DNA of 64,000 nt, taken from positions 1 through 64,000 of the forward strand of contig JBDRCO010000081.1 in assembly GCA_043821645.1 (NCBI GenBank). The letters are read 5' to 3'. Below are positions 18,762 to 28,620 of the stretch, one piece after another. The position numbers were made by a program, and so were the translations under genes. The notes beneath the pieces were generated by a model. The model was not told where the DNA came from. It searched no databases and was given only the letters and a program-made list of their open reading frames with translations. Position 1 is the stretch's first letter. Every line of letters begins with the position of its first letter. The DNA comes from Pseudomonadota bacterium. GTDB taxonomy: Bacteria > Myxococcota > JACRCW01 > JAFGSX01.

Positions 18762-19592
18762 ATGCCCGAATCGAAGCCCAGCGCCAGCCCGGTGACCCAG
18801 ATCCCCGACCTCATCAAGGACAGGCGGCAGCTTGCCGGTGACGACAGCTTCTGCTTTGGCTGCCACTCCAAGCTGCCCTGCTTCACCGACTGCTGCGCCG
18901 ACATCAACATTTTGCTGACCCCCCTCGACGTGCTGCAGCTGGCGCGCCGCGCCAACCTGACCACCGGCGCCTTCGTCCAGGCCCACACCCTGACCCCCAT
19001 CACCAAGGACATGCAGCTGCCCCTGAAGATGCTGCGCATGGGCGACGACGAGTACAAACGATGCCCCTTCGTCACCGCCGAGGGCTGTGGCGTTTACGAG
19101 GACAGGCCCTGGGCCTGCCGCATGTATCCCCTGGGCATGGGCCTGCCCCCGGCGCGCGCCGGCGAGGAGCCCGAGCCCGTGTTCTTCCTGTTCGAGGACA
19201 GCTTCTGCAAGGGCCATGGCGAGGCGAGCAGCTGGACCGTCACCAAATGGCGCGACGACCAGGGCGTGCCCGCGCGCGAGGAGATCGAGCAAGGCTTCCG
19301 CGACCTGGTGAGCCACCCCTGGTTCATCGGTGGCACCCGCCAGCTCGATCCCAAGCGCATCGAGATGTACGACATGGCCTGCTACGACCTCGATCGTTTT
19401 CGCGCCTTCATCTTCGAGTCGAGCTTCCTCAATCGCTTCGTGCTCGACGAGGCACTGGTGCAGAAGCTCGAGAGTGACGACGTGGAGCTTTTGAAGTTTG
19501 CCTTCGTGTGGCTGCGCTACGCCCTGTTCGGCGAGCCCACCATGCAGCCCCGCGCGGCCGCCATCGACGCCCGCGCCGAGGCCCGAGGCTGA
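18762..19592 (+). CDS. YkgJ-family (CxxCxxCC) cysteine-cluster protein
   Basis: FGCHSKLPCFTDCC..LTPLD..CPFV..GCGVYEDRPWACRMYPLG..CKGH. Confidence 0.88.
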   Translation: MPESKPSASPVTQIPDLIKDRRQLAGDDSFCFGCHSKLPCFTDCCADINILLTPLDVLQLARRANLTTGAFVQAHTLTPITKDMQLPLKMLRMGDDEYKRCPFVTAEGCGVYEDRPWACRMYPLGMGLPPARAGEEPEPVFFLFEDSFCKGHGEASSWTVTKWRDDQGVPAREEIEQGFRDLVSHPWFIGGTRQLDPKRIEMYDMACYDLDRFRAFIFESSFLNRFVLDEALVQKLESDDVELLKFAFVWLRYALFGEPTMQPRAAAIDARAEARG

Positions 19593-19638
19593 CCCGAGAG
19601 CACGAACGCAGCCCGTCCCCTGACGGAAGGAGTCCTAC

Positions 19639-20883
19639 ATGTCCACATCCAAGCCCATCCTGGTGGTCGGTGCCGGCATCGCCGGTCTCACCACCGCGCT
19701 CGAGGCCGCCGAGACCGGCCGCGAGGTGATCCTGCTCGAGAGGGACCCCGCGGTGGGAGGCCGCGTGGCGCGCCTGCACAACTACTTTCCCAAGATGTGC
19801 CCGCCCTCGTGTGGCCTCGAGATCAACGTGCGCCGCCTGGAGAAGAACCCGCGCATCACCTTCCTGGGTGGGGCGCAGGTCACCGCGGCCAGCCGCACGG
19901 GCAACTGCTGGAAGGTCACCGTCACCCAGGACCCGCAGTACATCACCGCGGCCTGCACCGAGTGCGGCGACTGTGAAAAGGTCTGCACCGACACGGTGAA
20001 GGATGCCTTCAACCTGGAGCTCACCGACGCCAAGGCGGCCCGCGCCTTCAAGCCCGATCCCTTTCCGCGGCGCTTCACGCTGGACAAGGCGGCGTGCAAG
20101 GACGGTGGCCAGGCGGTCAAGGCCGCGTGCAAGGTCGGCGCGGTCAACCTGGACGCCAAGCCCACCGAGCACAGCTTCGAGGTCGGCGCGGTGGTGATGG
20201 CCACGGGCTGGCACCCCTACCCCAAGGACAAGCTGCCCGAGCTGGGCGGTGGCGTGCTCAAGGACGTCGTCGCCAATGTCGAGCTCGAGCGCATGGCCGC
20301 GCCCGCGGGCCACACCGGCGGCAAGATCCTGCGCCCCAGCGACGGACAGGCCCCCAAGCGGGTCGCCTTCGTGCAGTGCGCGGGCTCGCGCGACGTCAAC
20401 CACCTGCCCTACTGCTCGGGCGTGTGCTGCCTGGCCTCGCTCAAGCAGGCCCAGTACGTCAAGGAGCAGCTGCCCGAGGCCGAGGTGACGATGTACTACA
20501 TCGATCGCCGCACCCCGGGCCGCAACGAGGAGGTGCTGACCAAGGTCCAGGCCCTGGATGGCGTGAAGCTGGTCAAGGGCAAGGTGGGCAAGGTCGAGCT
20601 CAAGGGCAGCGCCCTTCAGCTGCGCGTCGAGGACGTCGAGAGTGGCAAGCTGATCCAAGCCGAGGCCGACCTGGTGGTGCTGGCCACCGGCATGGAGTCC
20701 AACCTCAAGGGTCTGAAGCTGCCCTTCGAGCCCAAGCTCGATGACGACGGCTTCGGCATCGACGACCCGGCGCGGGGTCTGTTCGTGGCCGGCGTGGCGC
20801 GGCGTCCCGAGGACGTGGCGGCCTGCGTGCGCGATGCCACAGGCGTTGCGGCGCGCGCGGCCGTGGCGGCGACCAGCAACTAG
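19639..20883 (+). CDS. qmoA: QmoA (HdrA-like)
   Basis: GAGIAG, YFPKMCPPSCGLEIN, QCAGSRD..LPYCSGVCCLASLKQ. Confidence 0.95.
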   Translation: MSTSKPILVVGAGIAGLTTALEAAETGREVILLERDPAVGGRVARLHNYFPKMCPPSCGLEINVRRLEKNPRITFLGGAQVTAASRTGNCWKVTVTQDPQYITAACTECGDCEKVCTDTVKDAFNLELTDAKAARAFKPDPFPRRFTLDKAACKDGGQAVKAACKVGAVNLDAKPTEHSFEVGAVVMATGWHPYPKDKLPELGGGVLKDVVANVELERMAAPAGHTGGKILRPSDGQAPKRVAFVQCAGSRDVNHLPYCSGVCCLASLKQAQYVKEQLPEAEVTMYYIDRRTPGRNEEVLTKVQALDGVKLVKGKVGKVELKGSALQLRVEDVESGKLIQAEADLVVLATGMESNLKGLKLPFEPKLDDDGFGIDDPARGLFVAGVARRPEDVAACVRDATGVAARAAVAATSN

Positions 20884-20933
20884 GAGACTGCTTTCGCCGA
20901 CGGGAGGACGCCTCCCGGGCGATGGAGATCACG

Positions 20934-23195
20934 ATGGACAAGGTTGGAGTTTTTCTGTGCACCGGCTGCGAGATCGGGGACTGCCTGGACTGCGATGCCC
21001 TGGAAGGTGTCGCCACCGAGGCCGGCGCCAAGCACTTTGCCCAGCACGCCTGCCTGTGCTCGGACGAGGGCGTGGCCACCATCAAGAGCGCCATTGACGA
21101 CGGCACCGTGGACGGCGTGATCATCGCCGCCTGCTCGCAGCGCTTCAAGACCGAGGTGTTTCGCTTTGACCCGTACAAGGCCGTGACCCAGCGCTGTGGC
21201 CTGCGCGAGCAGGTGACCTGGTCGCACCCCGCCGCCAAGAAGGGCGACGAGGAGGACGACACCCAGCAGCTGGCCGCCGACCTGGTGCGCATGTGGACCG
21301 TGCGCGTGACCAAGGAACAGCTGCCCAAGAAGCTGGACCTGCAGCTCGAGCACACCGTGCTCGTCGTCGGCGGCGGCCTCACCGGCCTCACCGCGGCCAA
21401 GGCGGCCACGGGCCTGGGGCACAAGGTCATCCTGGTCGACAAGGCGGATCACCTGGGCGGCTACCTGACCGGGGTCAAGAACGTGATCCCCGAGGCTCCG
21501 CCCTACGACAGCCTGCACCACAATCCCATCGCCGACCTGGTCAAGCAGGTTCAGGCCGACGGCAACATCCAGGTCTTCACGTCGTCGACGATCAAGGCGA
21601 CCAACGGTCAGCCCGGGCAGTTCGAGGTCACCCTGGCCACCCCGGGCGGCGACAAGCAGCTCAAGGCCGGCTCCATCGTGCAGGCCACGGGTTCCTCGCC
21701 CTACGACGCCAGCAAGCTGGGTCACCTGGGCTACGGCGCCAGCAAAGACGTCATCACCCAGGCGCAGCTCGAGAAGATGCTGCTCGAGGGCAAGCTGTTC
21801 AAGCCCTCGGACGGCACCGCACCGGGCCGCGTGCTGTTCGTGCAGTGTGCGGGCTCCCGTGACGAGAAGCACCTGCCCTACTGCTCCGGCGAGTGCTGCG
21901 GCACCTCGCTCAAGCAGATGCTGGCCGTCCACGAGCACAGCAAGGACATCGAGTGCGCCATCGTCTACCGCGACATGCGCGCTCCGGGTCAGCTCGAGCA
22001 CTTCTACAAGGCCGTGCAGGAGAAGACCCGCGGCCTGTTCACCCGCGGCGTCGTCGACAAAGTCGAAGGCAGCGGCCCGCTGAAGGTGCACGTCACCGAT
22101 AGTTTGCTCGGTGACGACGTGACCGTGGACGCCGACCTGGTGGTGCTGGCCACCGGCATGGTGCCCAACGCCGCCGATGGCGAGGCCATCCGCAAGCTGG
22201 TCGATGCCCACGGCCGCATCGTCAAGAACGAGAGCGAGACCCAGGTGGCGGCGGCCAAGGAGGAGGTCGAGCGCCTCAAGGTGCACGAGGGCACCGAGAT
22301 CCTCAACCTGGGCTATCGCCAGGGCCCGGACCTGCCGCAGCTCAAGTACGGCTTCCCGGACTCGCACTACATCTGCTTCCCCTACGAGACCCGGCGCACT
22401 GGCGTGTTCGCCGCCGGCACCGTGCGCGCGCCCATGGACACAGCCCAGGCCATCGAGGACGGCTGGGGGGCGGCCCTCAAGGCGGTGCAGGTGGTCGAGG
22501 CCGCCGAGCGCAGCGAGGCCGTGCACCCGCGCTCCGGCGACATCGGTGTGGCCGACTTCTTCTTGCAGCGCTGCACCCAGTGCAAGCGCTGCACCGAGGA
22601 GTGCCCCTTTGGCACCATCAACGAGGACGCCAAGGGCACGCCGCAGTACAACGAGCTGCGCTGCCGTCGCTGCGGCATCTGCCTGGGCGCCTGCCCCGAG
22701 CGCATCATCTCGTTCCCGGACTACGCCATCGACGGCATCTCGAGCATGGTCAAGGAGATGAGCGTGCCCGAGGACTTCGAGGAGAAGCCGCGCATCCTGG
22801 CCCTGATGTGCGAGAACGACGCCCTGCCGGCCCTCGAGGACGCCGCGGCCAAGCGCATGCAGTGGCCGCCCTGGTTCCGCATCGTGCCGGTGCGCTGCCT
22901 GGGCTCGGTCAACAACATCTGGCTCGCCGACTCGCTGTCCCGGGGCATCGACGGCGTGCTGATGTGCGGTTGCAAGCACGGCGACGACTACCAGTGCCAC
23001 TACGTCAAGGGCTCGGAGCTGGCCGAGACGCGCATGGCCAACCTGCAGGAGACCCTGGGCCGCCTGAGCCTGGAGCCCGAGCGCATTCGCATCGCGACCA
23101 TCGCTCGCAACGAAAGCGCGCGCATCGTCGAGGTGCTCAACGAGTTCAGCGAGAGCATGGAGAGCATTGGCCCCAACCCGATGAAGGGGTTCTAG
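20934..23195 (+). CDS. qmoB: QmoB (HdrA-like with MvhD domain)
   Basis: CTGCEIG, DSHYICFPYETRRTG, CTQCKRCTEECPFG, CENDA, GCKHGDDYQCHY, GPNPMKGF. Confidence 0.96.
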   Translation: MDKVGVFLCTGCEIGDCLDCDALEGVATEAGAKHFAQHACLCSDEGVATIKSAIDDGTVDGVIIAACSQRFKTEVFRFDPYKAVTQRCGLREQVTWSHPAAKKGDEEDDTQQLAADLVRMWTVRVTKEQLPKKLDLQLEHTVLVVGGGLTGLTAAKAATGLGHKVILVDKADHLGGYLTGVKNVIPEAPPYDSLHHNPIADLVKQVQADGNIQVFTSSTIKATNGQPGQFEVTLATPGGDKQLKAGSIVQATGSSPYDASKLGHLGYGASKDVITQAQLEKMLLEGKLFKPSDGTAPGRVLFVQCAGSRDEKHLPYCSGECCGTSLKQMLAVHEHSKDIECAIVYRDMRAPGQLEHFYKAVQEKTRGLFTRGVVDKVEGSGPLKVHVTDSLLGDDVTVDADLVVLATGMVPNAADGEAIRKLVDAHGRIVKNESETQVAAAKEEVERLKVHEGTEILNLGYRQGPDLPQLKYGFPDSHYICFPYETRRTGVFAAGTVRAPMDTAQAIEDGWGAALKAVQVVEAAERSEAVHPRSGDIGVADFFLQRCTQCKRCTEECPFGTINEDAKGTPQYNELRCRRCGICLGACPERIISFPDYAIDGISSMVKEMSVPEDFEEKPRILALMCENDALPALEDAAAKRMQWPPWFRIVPVRCLGSVNNIWLADSLSRGIDGVLMCGCKHGDDYQCHYVKGSELAETRMANLQETLGRLSLEPERIRIATIARNESARIVEVLNEFSESMESIGPNPMKGF

Positions 23196-23268
23196 GGCTC
23201 TGGCCGCGGATGGCACGAGGCGGGCTCGAGCGGCAGCAGAACGCGTAGGCGGGGGGCGGAGAGAGGCC

Positions 23269-24432
23269 ATGAGCAAGCATCTGGTGACGTCCCGCGAGTT
23301 CCGGGACGAGTTGCAGAAGCGGGGCGGCGACACCGCCTCGCGCTGCTACCAGTGCGCCACCTGCTCCACCATCTGCGACCTGGCCGGTGACGGCGCAGCC
23401 TTTCCGCGCAAGCAGATGGCCAAGGCGCAGTGGGGGCTGTACGAGGAGCTGGCCGGCGACCCCGGCGTGTGGCTGTGCCACAACTGCAACGACTGCTCGG
23501 ATCGCTGTCCCCGCAACGCGCGCCCCGGCGACGTGCTGCAGGCCGTGCGCAGCATCATGACCGAGCGCCTGGCCTTCCCGCGCTTCATGGGGACCCTGGT
23601 CGGCAAGGCCGGCTCCACCTGGCCGCTGTTGATCGGCGTGCCCATGCTGTTCTGGCTGCTGTTCATCTACGGCGTCACCGGGTTCAACTTTCCGGCCAGC
23701 TTTGACGCCTACGATCAGCTGGTGCCGCACTGGATGATCTACACGGTGTACTTCACGGTCACCGGCTTCGCAGCCCTGGCCGCGCTGATCGGCGGCATGC
23801 GCTACTGGAGCTTTTTAGGGCAGCAGCAAAAACGCCAGGGCTCCTTCGTCAGCAACCTGATCCCGGCCCTGGTCGACATCGCCACCCACAAGCGCTTTGG
23901 CCAGTGCGTGCAAGAGAAGCCCCGCAAGCTGGGCCACCTGGCCCTGTTCTACGGCTTCGTGGGCGCCGCCGTGACCTCGGGCTTCATCATCGTCTACATG
24001 TACATCGAGGGGAAACCGCTGCCGGTGCCCATCCTGCATCCGTACAAGTTACTGGGCAACCTGTCGGCCATCGCCCTGGTGATCGGCGGCGTCTGGCTCA
24101 TGTACCGGCGCTGGTTCTTACCCAGCGAGCGCGGCAAGTCCACCGCCTTCGATAACTTCTTCATGGGCGTGGTGCTGCTGCTCATCGCCACCGGCATCCT
24201 GACCGAGGTGGCGCGCTTCAGCCTGCCGCCCATGGCCGCGATCGCGCTGTACATCCTGCACCTGGGGACCGTGGTCACGCTGTTCGCGACCTTCCCCTAC
24301 AGCAAGTTTGCTCACATGCTTTATCGCATCCTGGCCATGGTGCACGAGCGCATGGCCGTGACTACTCTCGTCAAGGTGTCCAGTGAATCCGGGGGTGGCC
24401 GCGCGCTTGCGGCATCCAACCAGGCAAGCTAG
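23269..24432 (+). CDS. qmoC: QmoC (Fe-S plus membrane heme b)
   Basis: CYQCATCSTIC, FPRKQM, WLCHNCNDCSDRCPR, PYSKFAHMLYR. Confidence 0.96.
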   Translation: MSKHLVTSREFRDELQKRGGDTASRCYQCATCSTICDLAGDGAAFPRKQMAKAQWGLYEELAGDPGVWLCHNCNDCSDRCPRNARPGDVLQAVRSIMTERLAFPRFMGTLVGKAGSTWPLLIGVPMLFWLLFIYGVTGFNFPASFDAYDQLVPHWMIYTVYFTVTGFAALAALIGGMRYWSFLGQQQKRQGSFVSNLIPALVDIATHKRFGQCVQEKPRKLGHLALFYGFVGAAVTSGFIIVYMYIEGKPLPVPILHPYKLLGNLSAIALVIGGVWLMYRRWFLPSERGKSTAFDNFFMGVVLLLIATGILTEVARFSLPPMAAIALYILHLGTVVTLFATFPYSKFAHMLYRILAMVHERMAVTTLVKVSSESGGGRALAASNQAS

Positions 24433-24477
24433 CTAACAAGGTGTGGCGCCAAGGCGCCAGCCGCAGGAGGACAGGTC

Positions 24478-25674
24478 ATGATCAAGCCGTACGGTTCCGA
24501 CAAGCTCAACCCGCTATACATCATGGACGACAAGGCGCGCGCCAAGGCTGCCGACGACGCCAAGAAGCTCAAGGCCATCCTGGTCAGCTCCGCGGCAGCC
24601 GGCAACGCCGTGATGCTGGCCGGCGGCTACTTCAATCCCCTCAAGGGCTTCATGAAGAAGGCCGACGTGCTCAGCGTGGCCAAGGACATGAAGATGGCCG
24701 ACGGCCTGATGTGGCCGACCCCCATCGTCAACATGGTCAAGGACGCCCAGGGCATCAAGGTCGGCGACAAGATCGCGCTCAAGGATCCCAACGTCGACGG
24801 CAACCCCATCATCGCGGTGCAGGAGGTGACCGAGGTCGCCACCTTCACCGAGGATGAGATGAAGATGGTCACCGAGAAGGTGTTCGGGACCCTGGACCAG
24901 AAGCACCCCGGCGTCAGTGCCTACAACACTGTGGGCAACATCAACATCGCCGGCCCCATCCAGGTCCTCAACTTCAGCTACTTCGACAAGGAGTTCGCTG
25001 ACACCTTCCGCACCGGCTACCAGATCCGCGCCGACATGGAGAAGCTGGGCTGGAAAAAGATCGTCGCCTTCCAGACCCGCAACCCCATGCACCTCGCCCA
25101 CGAGGAACTGTGCCGCATGGCCTACAACGACCTCAAGGCCGACGGCATCCTGATCCACATGTTGCTGGGCAAGCTCAAGGCCGGTGACATCCCCGCCGAC
25201 GTGCGCGACGACTGCATCCGCGTCATGGTCGACCACTACTTCCCGAAGAACACCGTGATGGTCACCGGCTACGGCTTCGACATGCTGTATGCCGGTCCCC
25301 GCGAGGCCGTGCTGCACGCCATCTTCCGCCAGAACTGCGGCTGCACCCACCTCATCGTGGGTCGCGACCACGCCGGCGTCGGCGACTACTACGGCCCCTT
25401 CGACGCCCAGACCATCTTTGACAACCCCACCGTCAAGAACGCCCTGCAGCTCGACATCTTCCGCGCCGACCACACCGCGTGGAGCAAGAAGCTGGGCAAG
25501 GTCGTCATGATGAAGGACGCCCCGGACCACACCAAGGAAGACTGGATCCTGCTGTCCGGCACCAAGGTGCGCGAGATGCTGGGCAACGGCCAGGCCCCGC
25601 CGCCGGAGTTCAGCCGCCCCGAGGTCGCCAAGATCCTGATCACCTATTACCAGAAGATCGACGGCAAGAAGTAA
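24478..25674 (+). CDS. sat: Sulfate adenylyltransferase
   Basis: AFQTRNPMHLAHE, YAGPREAVLHA, VGRDHAGVGDYYGPFDAQ, SGTKVREML. Confidence 0.98.
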   Translation: MIKPYGSDKLNPLYIMDDKARAKAADDAKKLKAILVSSAAAGNAVMLAGGYFNPLKGFMKKADVLSVAKDMKMADGLMWPTPIVNMVKDAQGIKVGDKIALKDPNVDGNPIIAVQEVTEVATFTEDEMKMVTEKVFGTLDQKHPGVSAYNTVGNINIAGPIQVLNFSYFDKEFADTFRTGYQIRADMEKLGWKKIVAFQTRNPMHLAHEELCRMAYNDLKADGILIHMLLGKLKAGDIPADVRDDCIRVMVDHYFPKNTVMVTGYGFDMLYAGPREAVLHAIFRQNCGCTHLIVGRDHAGVGDYYGPFDAQTIFDNPTVKNALQLDIFRADHTAWSKKLGKVVMMKDAPDHTKEDWILLSGTKVREMLGNGQAPPPEFSRPEVAKILITYYQKIDGKK

Positions 25675-25707
25675 GCCTGGGCTGAGCCAGACTTCTGTTC
25701 CCCCGAA

Positions 25708-25741
25708 GACACCCGGGCCGCAAGGTCCGGGTGTTTTTTTT
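25708..25741 (+). terminator. Intrinsic terminator after sat
   Basis: gacacccgggcc-gcaa-ggtccgggtgtt followed by a T run. Confidence 0.85.
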
Positions 25742-26168
25742 AGTGCGCCGACAGCACCGCCGCGATCTGGTCCGCGGTGAGCTCACCTTCGAGCTGCTCG
25801 AGCACCGCGCCCTGGGCGTCGACGAAGTACAGGCCTGGCGGCACCATCAGCGGCTTCGCCTTGAGGTAGACCTCGGCCTGGGCGGCCTGGCTGTCGAGGT
25901 GAATGCGCTCGACCGGATAACGCGCGGGAGTGCCCAGCGACGCTTGAAGCGCGGTCCAGCTCAGATCGATGCGCTCGCGGGTGCAGGCGCAGGCCTCCTC
26001 CTGGTCCACGAAGACGACGCGAGCAATGGGGGTGACCGCCGCCGCCGCAGTGGGTGCGCTCGCTGTCGACGACGGAGAGGCGCTGGCATCCGCCTGTCGA
26101 TCACAGGCGGCAGCGACCAGAAGCAAACCGGATAGGCCGACGATGGTGAGACGATGCACGATGCGCAT
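25740..26168 (-). CDS. Lipoprotein with thioredoxin-like fold (CxC)
   Basis: Lipobox VAAAC; VVFVDQEEACAC; VPPGLYFVD..LEGELT; last gene of the ars operon. Confidence 0.7.
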   Translation of the reverse strand: MRIVHRLTIVGLSGLLLVAAACDRQADASASPSSTASAPTAAAAVTPIARVVFVDQEEACACTRERIDLSWTALQASLGTPARYPVERIHLDSQAAQAEVYLKAKPLMVPPGLYFVDAQGAVLEQLEGELTADQIAAVLSAH

Positions 26169-26179
26169 GTGCGTTCCTT

Positions 26180-26887
26180 TCACAAAAAACCTCGATAGCC
26201 AAAGTAGACACCGACCAGCACCACCACGGCTCCTGCGCCTCGACGCAGCAGCTCGAGGCTGCGAGTCATCTTCTTGTTCTCGATGAGCAGGCGCGCCGCC
26301 CCCATGGAGGTGCCCGCCACCAGGATGAGCACGCTGTGCCCGAGTGCGTACACCAGCAGCAGCGTACCGCCCCAGGCCACCGACGCACCCGAGCCCGCAA
26401 GGTAGGTGAGCAGGACGACCAGGATGGGGGCCGCGCAGGGGGCGCTCACCACGCCGAACAGCAAACCCAGCACCAGCGCACCGAGCGCGCCACGGGCTCT
26501 CGGCTGCAGATGGCCGCCCAGCGAGGGGATGGGAATGGTGATCAGGCCCATGAGGTGCAAGCCCATGACCAGGCACACCACAGCCACGAGGCCGTTCCAG
26601 ATGCCTGACACATCCCCGTACAGCGTCCCTGCCATCGCCGCGATCATGCCCAGGGCCGTGAAGGTGAGGCCCAGGCCCAGCACGAAGATCAGCGAGAAGA
26701 CAAAGGCACGCCTGACGCTGCTGCGCGCCTCGGGGCCACCCGCGACAAAGCTCATGGTCAGCGGGATCATGGCCAGCACGCAGGGGTTGCTCGCCGTGAG
26801 CAGGCCCCCGGCAAACACCGCGATCAGCGCCAGCCAGGGGCTGGTGTGGATGTACTGGCCGGCGTTGTCGACGAGCTGTGCGAGCAC
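26180..26887 (-). CDS. CcdA/DsbD-type transmembrane thiol-disulfide transporter
   Basis: About six hydrophobic segments with paired NPCVL and APCAAP motifs. Confidence 0.85.
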   Translation of the reverse strand: MLAQLVDNAGQYIHTSPWLALIAVFAGGLLTASNPCVLAMIPLTMSFVAGGPEARSSVRRAFVFSLIFVLGLGLTFTALGMIAAMAGTLYGDVSGIWNGLVAVVCLVMGLHLMGLITIPIPSLGGHLQPRARGALGALVLGLLFGVVSAPCAAPILVVLLTYLAGSGASVAWGGTLLLVYALGHSVLILVAGTSMGAARLLIENKKMTRSLELLRRGAGAVVVLVGVYFGYRGFL

Positions 26888-26890
26888 GCG

Positions 26891-27142
26891 TCACCCGTTG
26901 TTGGCAGCCGCAGTGGTCAACCATGCTGCGATCTCATGCACGGGTGGGATGCGCCCCGCGCACTTCACCACGCCGTCGATCACCAGGGCCGGCGTCATCA
27001 TCACTCCGAATTTCATGATCTCGTCTATCTTCTCGACTTTGGTCAGCGAGACCTGCAGCCCCGACCCGGCCACCGCCTTCTCGGTCTCGGCGTACAGCTT
27101 CTTGCACTTGGCGCAGCCCGTTCCCAGGATCTTCACGTCCAT
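26891..27142 (-). CDS. Small thioredoxin-family redox-active disulfide protein (MTH895-like)
   Basis: KILGTGCAKC..GVMMTPALVIDG. Confidence 0.9.
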   Translation of the reverse strand: MDVKILGTGCAKCKKLYAETEKAVAGSGLQVSLTKVEKIDEIMKFGVMMTPALVIDGVVKCAGRIPPVHEIAAWLTTAAANNG

Positions 27143-27151
27143 GTCTTCACC

Positions 27152-28216
27152 TCACAGCACGGCGTTGAACAGGTAACCCACGACCAGGATGCCCAGGGCG
27201 ACCACGCCGGCAAAGGTCGCGATGAGGCGCAGGGTGAGCACCTTGCGCAGGATGATCATCTCGGGCAGCGACAGCGCGATGACACTCATCATGAAGGCGA
27301 GCACGGTGCCCAGGGCCGCGCCCTTGCCCAGCAGGGCCTGCACGATGGGGATGATGCCGGCGGCATTCGAGTACATGGGCACGCCGAGCAGCACCGCCAG
27401 TGGCACCGCCCACCAGGCGTCCTTGCCCATGATGGAGGCCAGGAAGTCCTGCGGCACGTAGCCGTGTATACCCGCGCCCACCGCGATGCCGCCGAGGACA
27501 TAGGGCCACACCTTGCCGACGATGTCCTTGACCGCCTCGCCGCCTGCGCGCGCGCGATCGGTCCAGGTCAGGGGCGCGTCGCCCTCCGCCTGCGCCGCAC
27601 CGACGGGGGTCTGGTAGACCCAGGGCTCGACCCAGCGCTCGAGCTTGAGGCGGCCGATGACCCAGCCCGCAACCATGGCGATGGCGAGGCCCGTGCCCGC
27701 GTAGAGGAGGGCGACCTTGTAGCCGAACAGCCCGAACAGCAGCACCAGGGCGACCTCGTTGACCATGGGCGCCGCGATCAAGAACGAGAAGGTCACGCCG
27801 AGGGGAACGCCCGTGGTCACGAAACCGATGAACAGCGGTACCGCGGAGCAGGAGCAGAAGGGCGTTGCCACGCCGAGCAGTGCGGCCAGCACATTGCCCA
27901 CGGTCTCGCGCCGGCCGGCGAGGATGCGACGCGTGCGCTCCGGGGTAAAGAACGAGCGCAGGATGCCCACGCCGAACACCACGACCGTGAGCAGCATCAG
28001 CACCTTGGGCGTCTCGTACACGAAGAACTCGATCGCCGAGCCCAGGTGGCTGTCGCCAGCCATCGCGAGCAAGTCGCGGGTCAGCCAGTGGGCCATGGGT
28101 TCGAGGACACGGTAAAGCAACCACCAGGCAGCCCCCGCGATCAGCACGAGCAGTGCGCGCACCCAGACCGCAGGGCGAGCCCCCAAGCTTGCGAACGGAT
28201 GCGCCAGGAAGATCAT
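27152..28216 (-). CDS. arsP: ArsP-family (DUF318) permease
   Basis: TPFCSCSAVP, APMVNE, GVPMYSN, ALSLPE. Confidence 0.88.
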   Translation of the reverse strand: MIFLAHPFASLGARPAVWVRALLVLIAGAAWWLLYRVLEPMAHWLTRDLLAMAGDSHLGSAIEFFVYETPKVLMLLTVVVFGVGILRSFFTPERTRRILAGRRETVGNVLAALLGVATPFCSCSAVPLFIGFVTTGVPLGVTFSFLIAAPMVNEVALVLLFGLFGYKVALLYAGTGLAIAMVAGWVIGRLKLERWVEPWVYQTPVGAAQAEGDAPLTWTDRARAGGEAVKDIVGKVWPYVLGGIAVGAGIHGYVPQDFLASIMGKDAWWAVPLAVLLGVPMYSNAAGIIPIVQALLGKGAALGTVLAFMMSVIALSLPEMIILRKVLTLRLIATFAGVVALGILVVGYLFNAVL

Positions 28217-28620
28217 GGCTGACCCGGCTGCAGCGTTGCGATGCGTCGACGCAGCTCGTCGCGCACGGCCCTGAAGGCCTCGAGCCTGGCCGCGTCCGAG
28301 CCACCGGCGGCGGCGGGATCGTCGAGGCCCCAGTGCAATCGCGTGGCCTGGCCCAGGAAGATCGGGCACTCCTGTTCGCCACACAAGGTGATCACGGTAT
28401 CGATCTCGCTGGCCGGGATCTCGCTCACGTGCCTGGCGCGATGGCGCGAGATGTCGATGTCCTGTTCGCGCAGCACGGCAATGGCCTCGGGCTGCACCTG
28501 GGTCGGCTTGGAGCCCGCAGACCACACCGCGATCTCGGGTGGCAGCAGCACCCGCGCGAGACCTTCGGCCATCTGGCTGCGCGCCGAGTTGGCGACGCAC
28601 AGGAAGAGCACACCCTTCAT
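28213..28620 (-). CDS. arsC: Thioredoxin-coupled arsenate reductase (LMW-PTP fold)
   Basis: [36 protein letters not shown] overlaps on both sides. Confidence 0.93.
   Translation of the reverse strand: MKGVLFLCVANSARSQMAEGLARVLLPPEIAVWSAGSKPTQVQPEAIAVLREQDIDISRHRARHVSEIPASEIDTVITLCGEQECPIFLGQATRLHWGLDDPAAAGGSDAARLEAFRAVRDELRRRIATLQPGQP

Noticed and set aside
16222-25530. Long antisense ORFs (16222-18624, 20880-23333, 24514-25530; likewise 4009-5637, 9702-11636, 55555-57879)
   Set aside because: Shadow frames of strongly GC3-biased real genes on the opposite strand; no motifs of their own.
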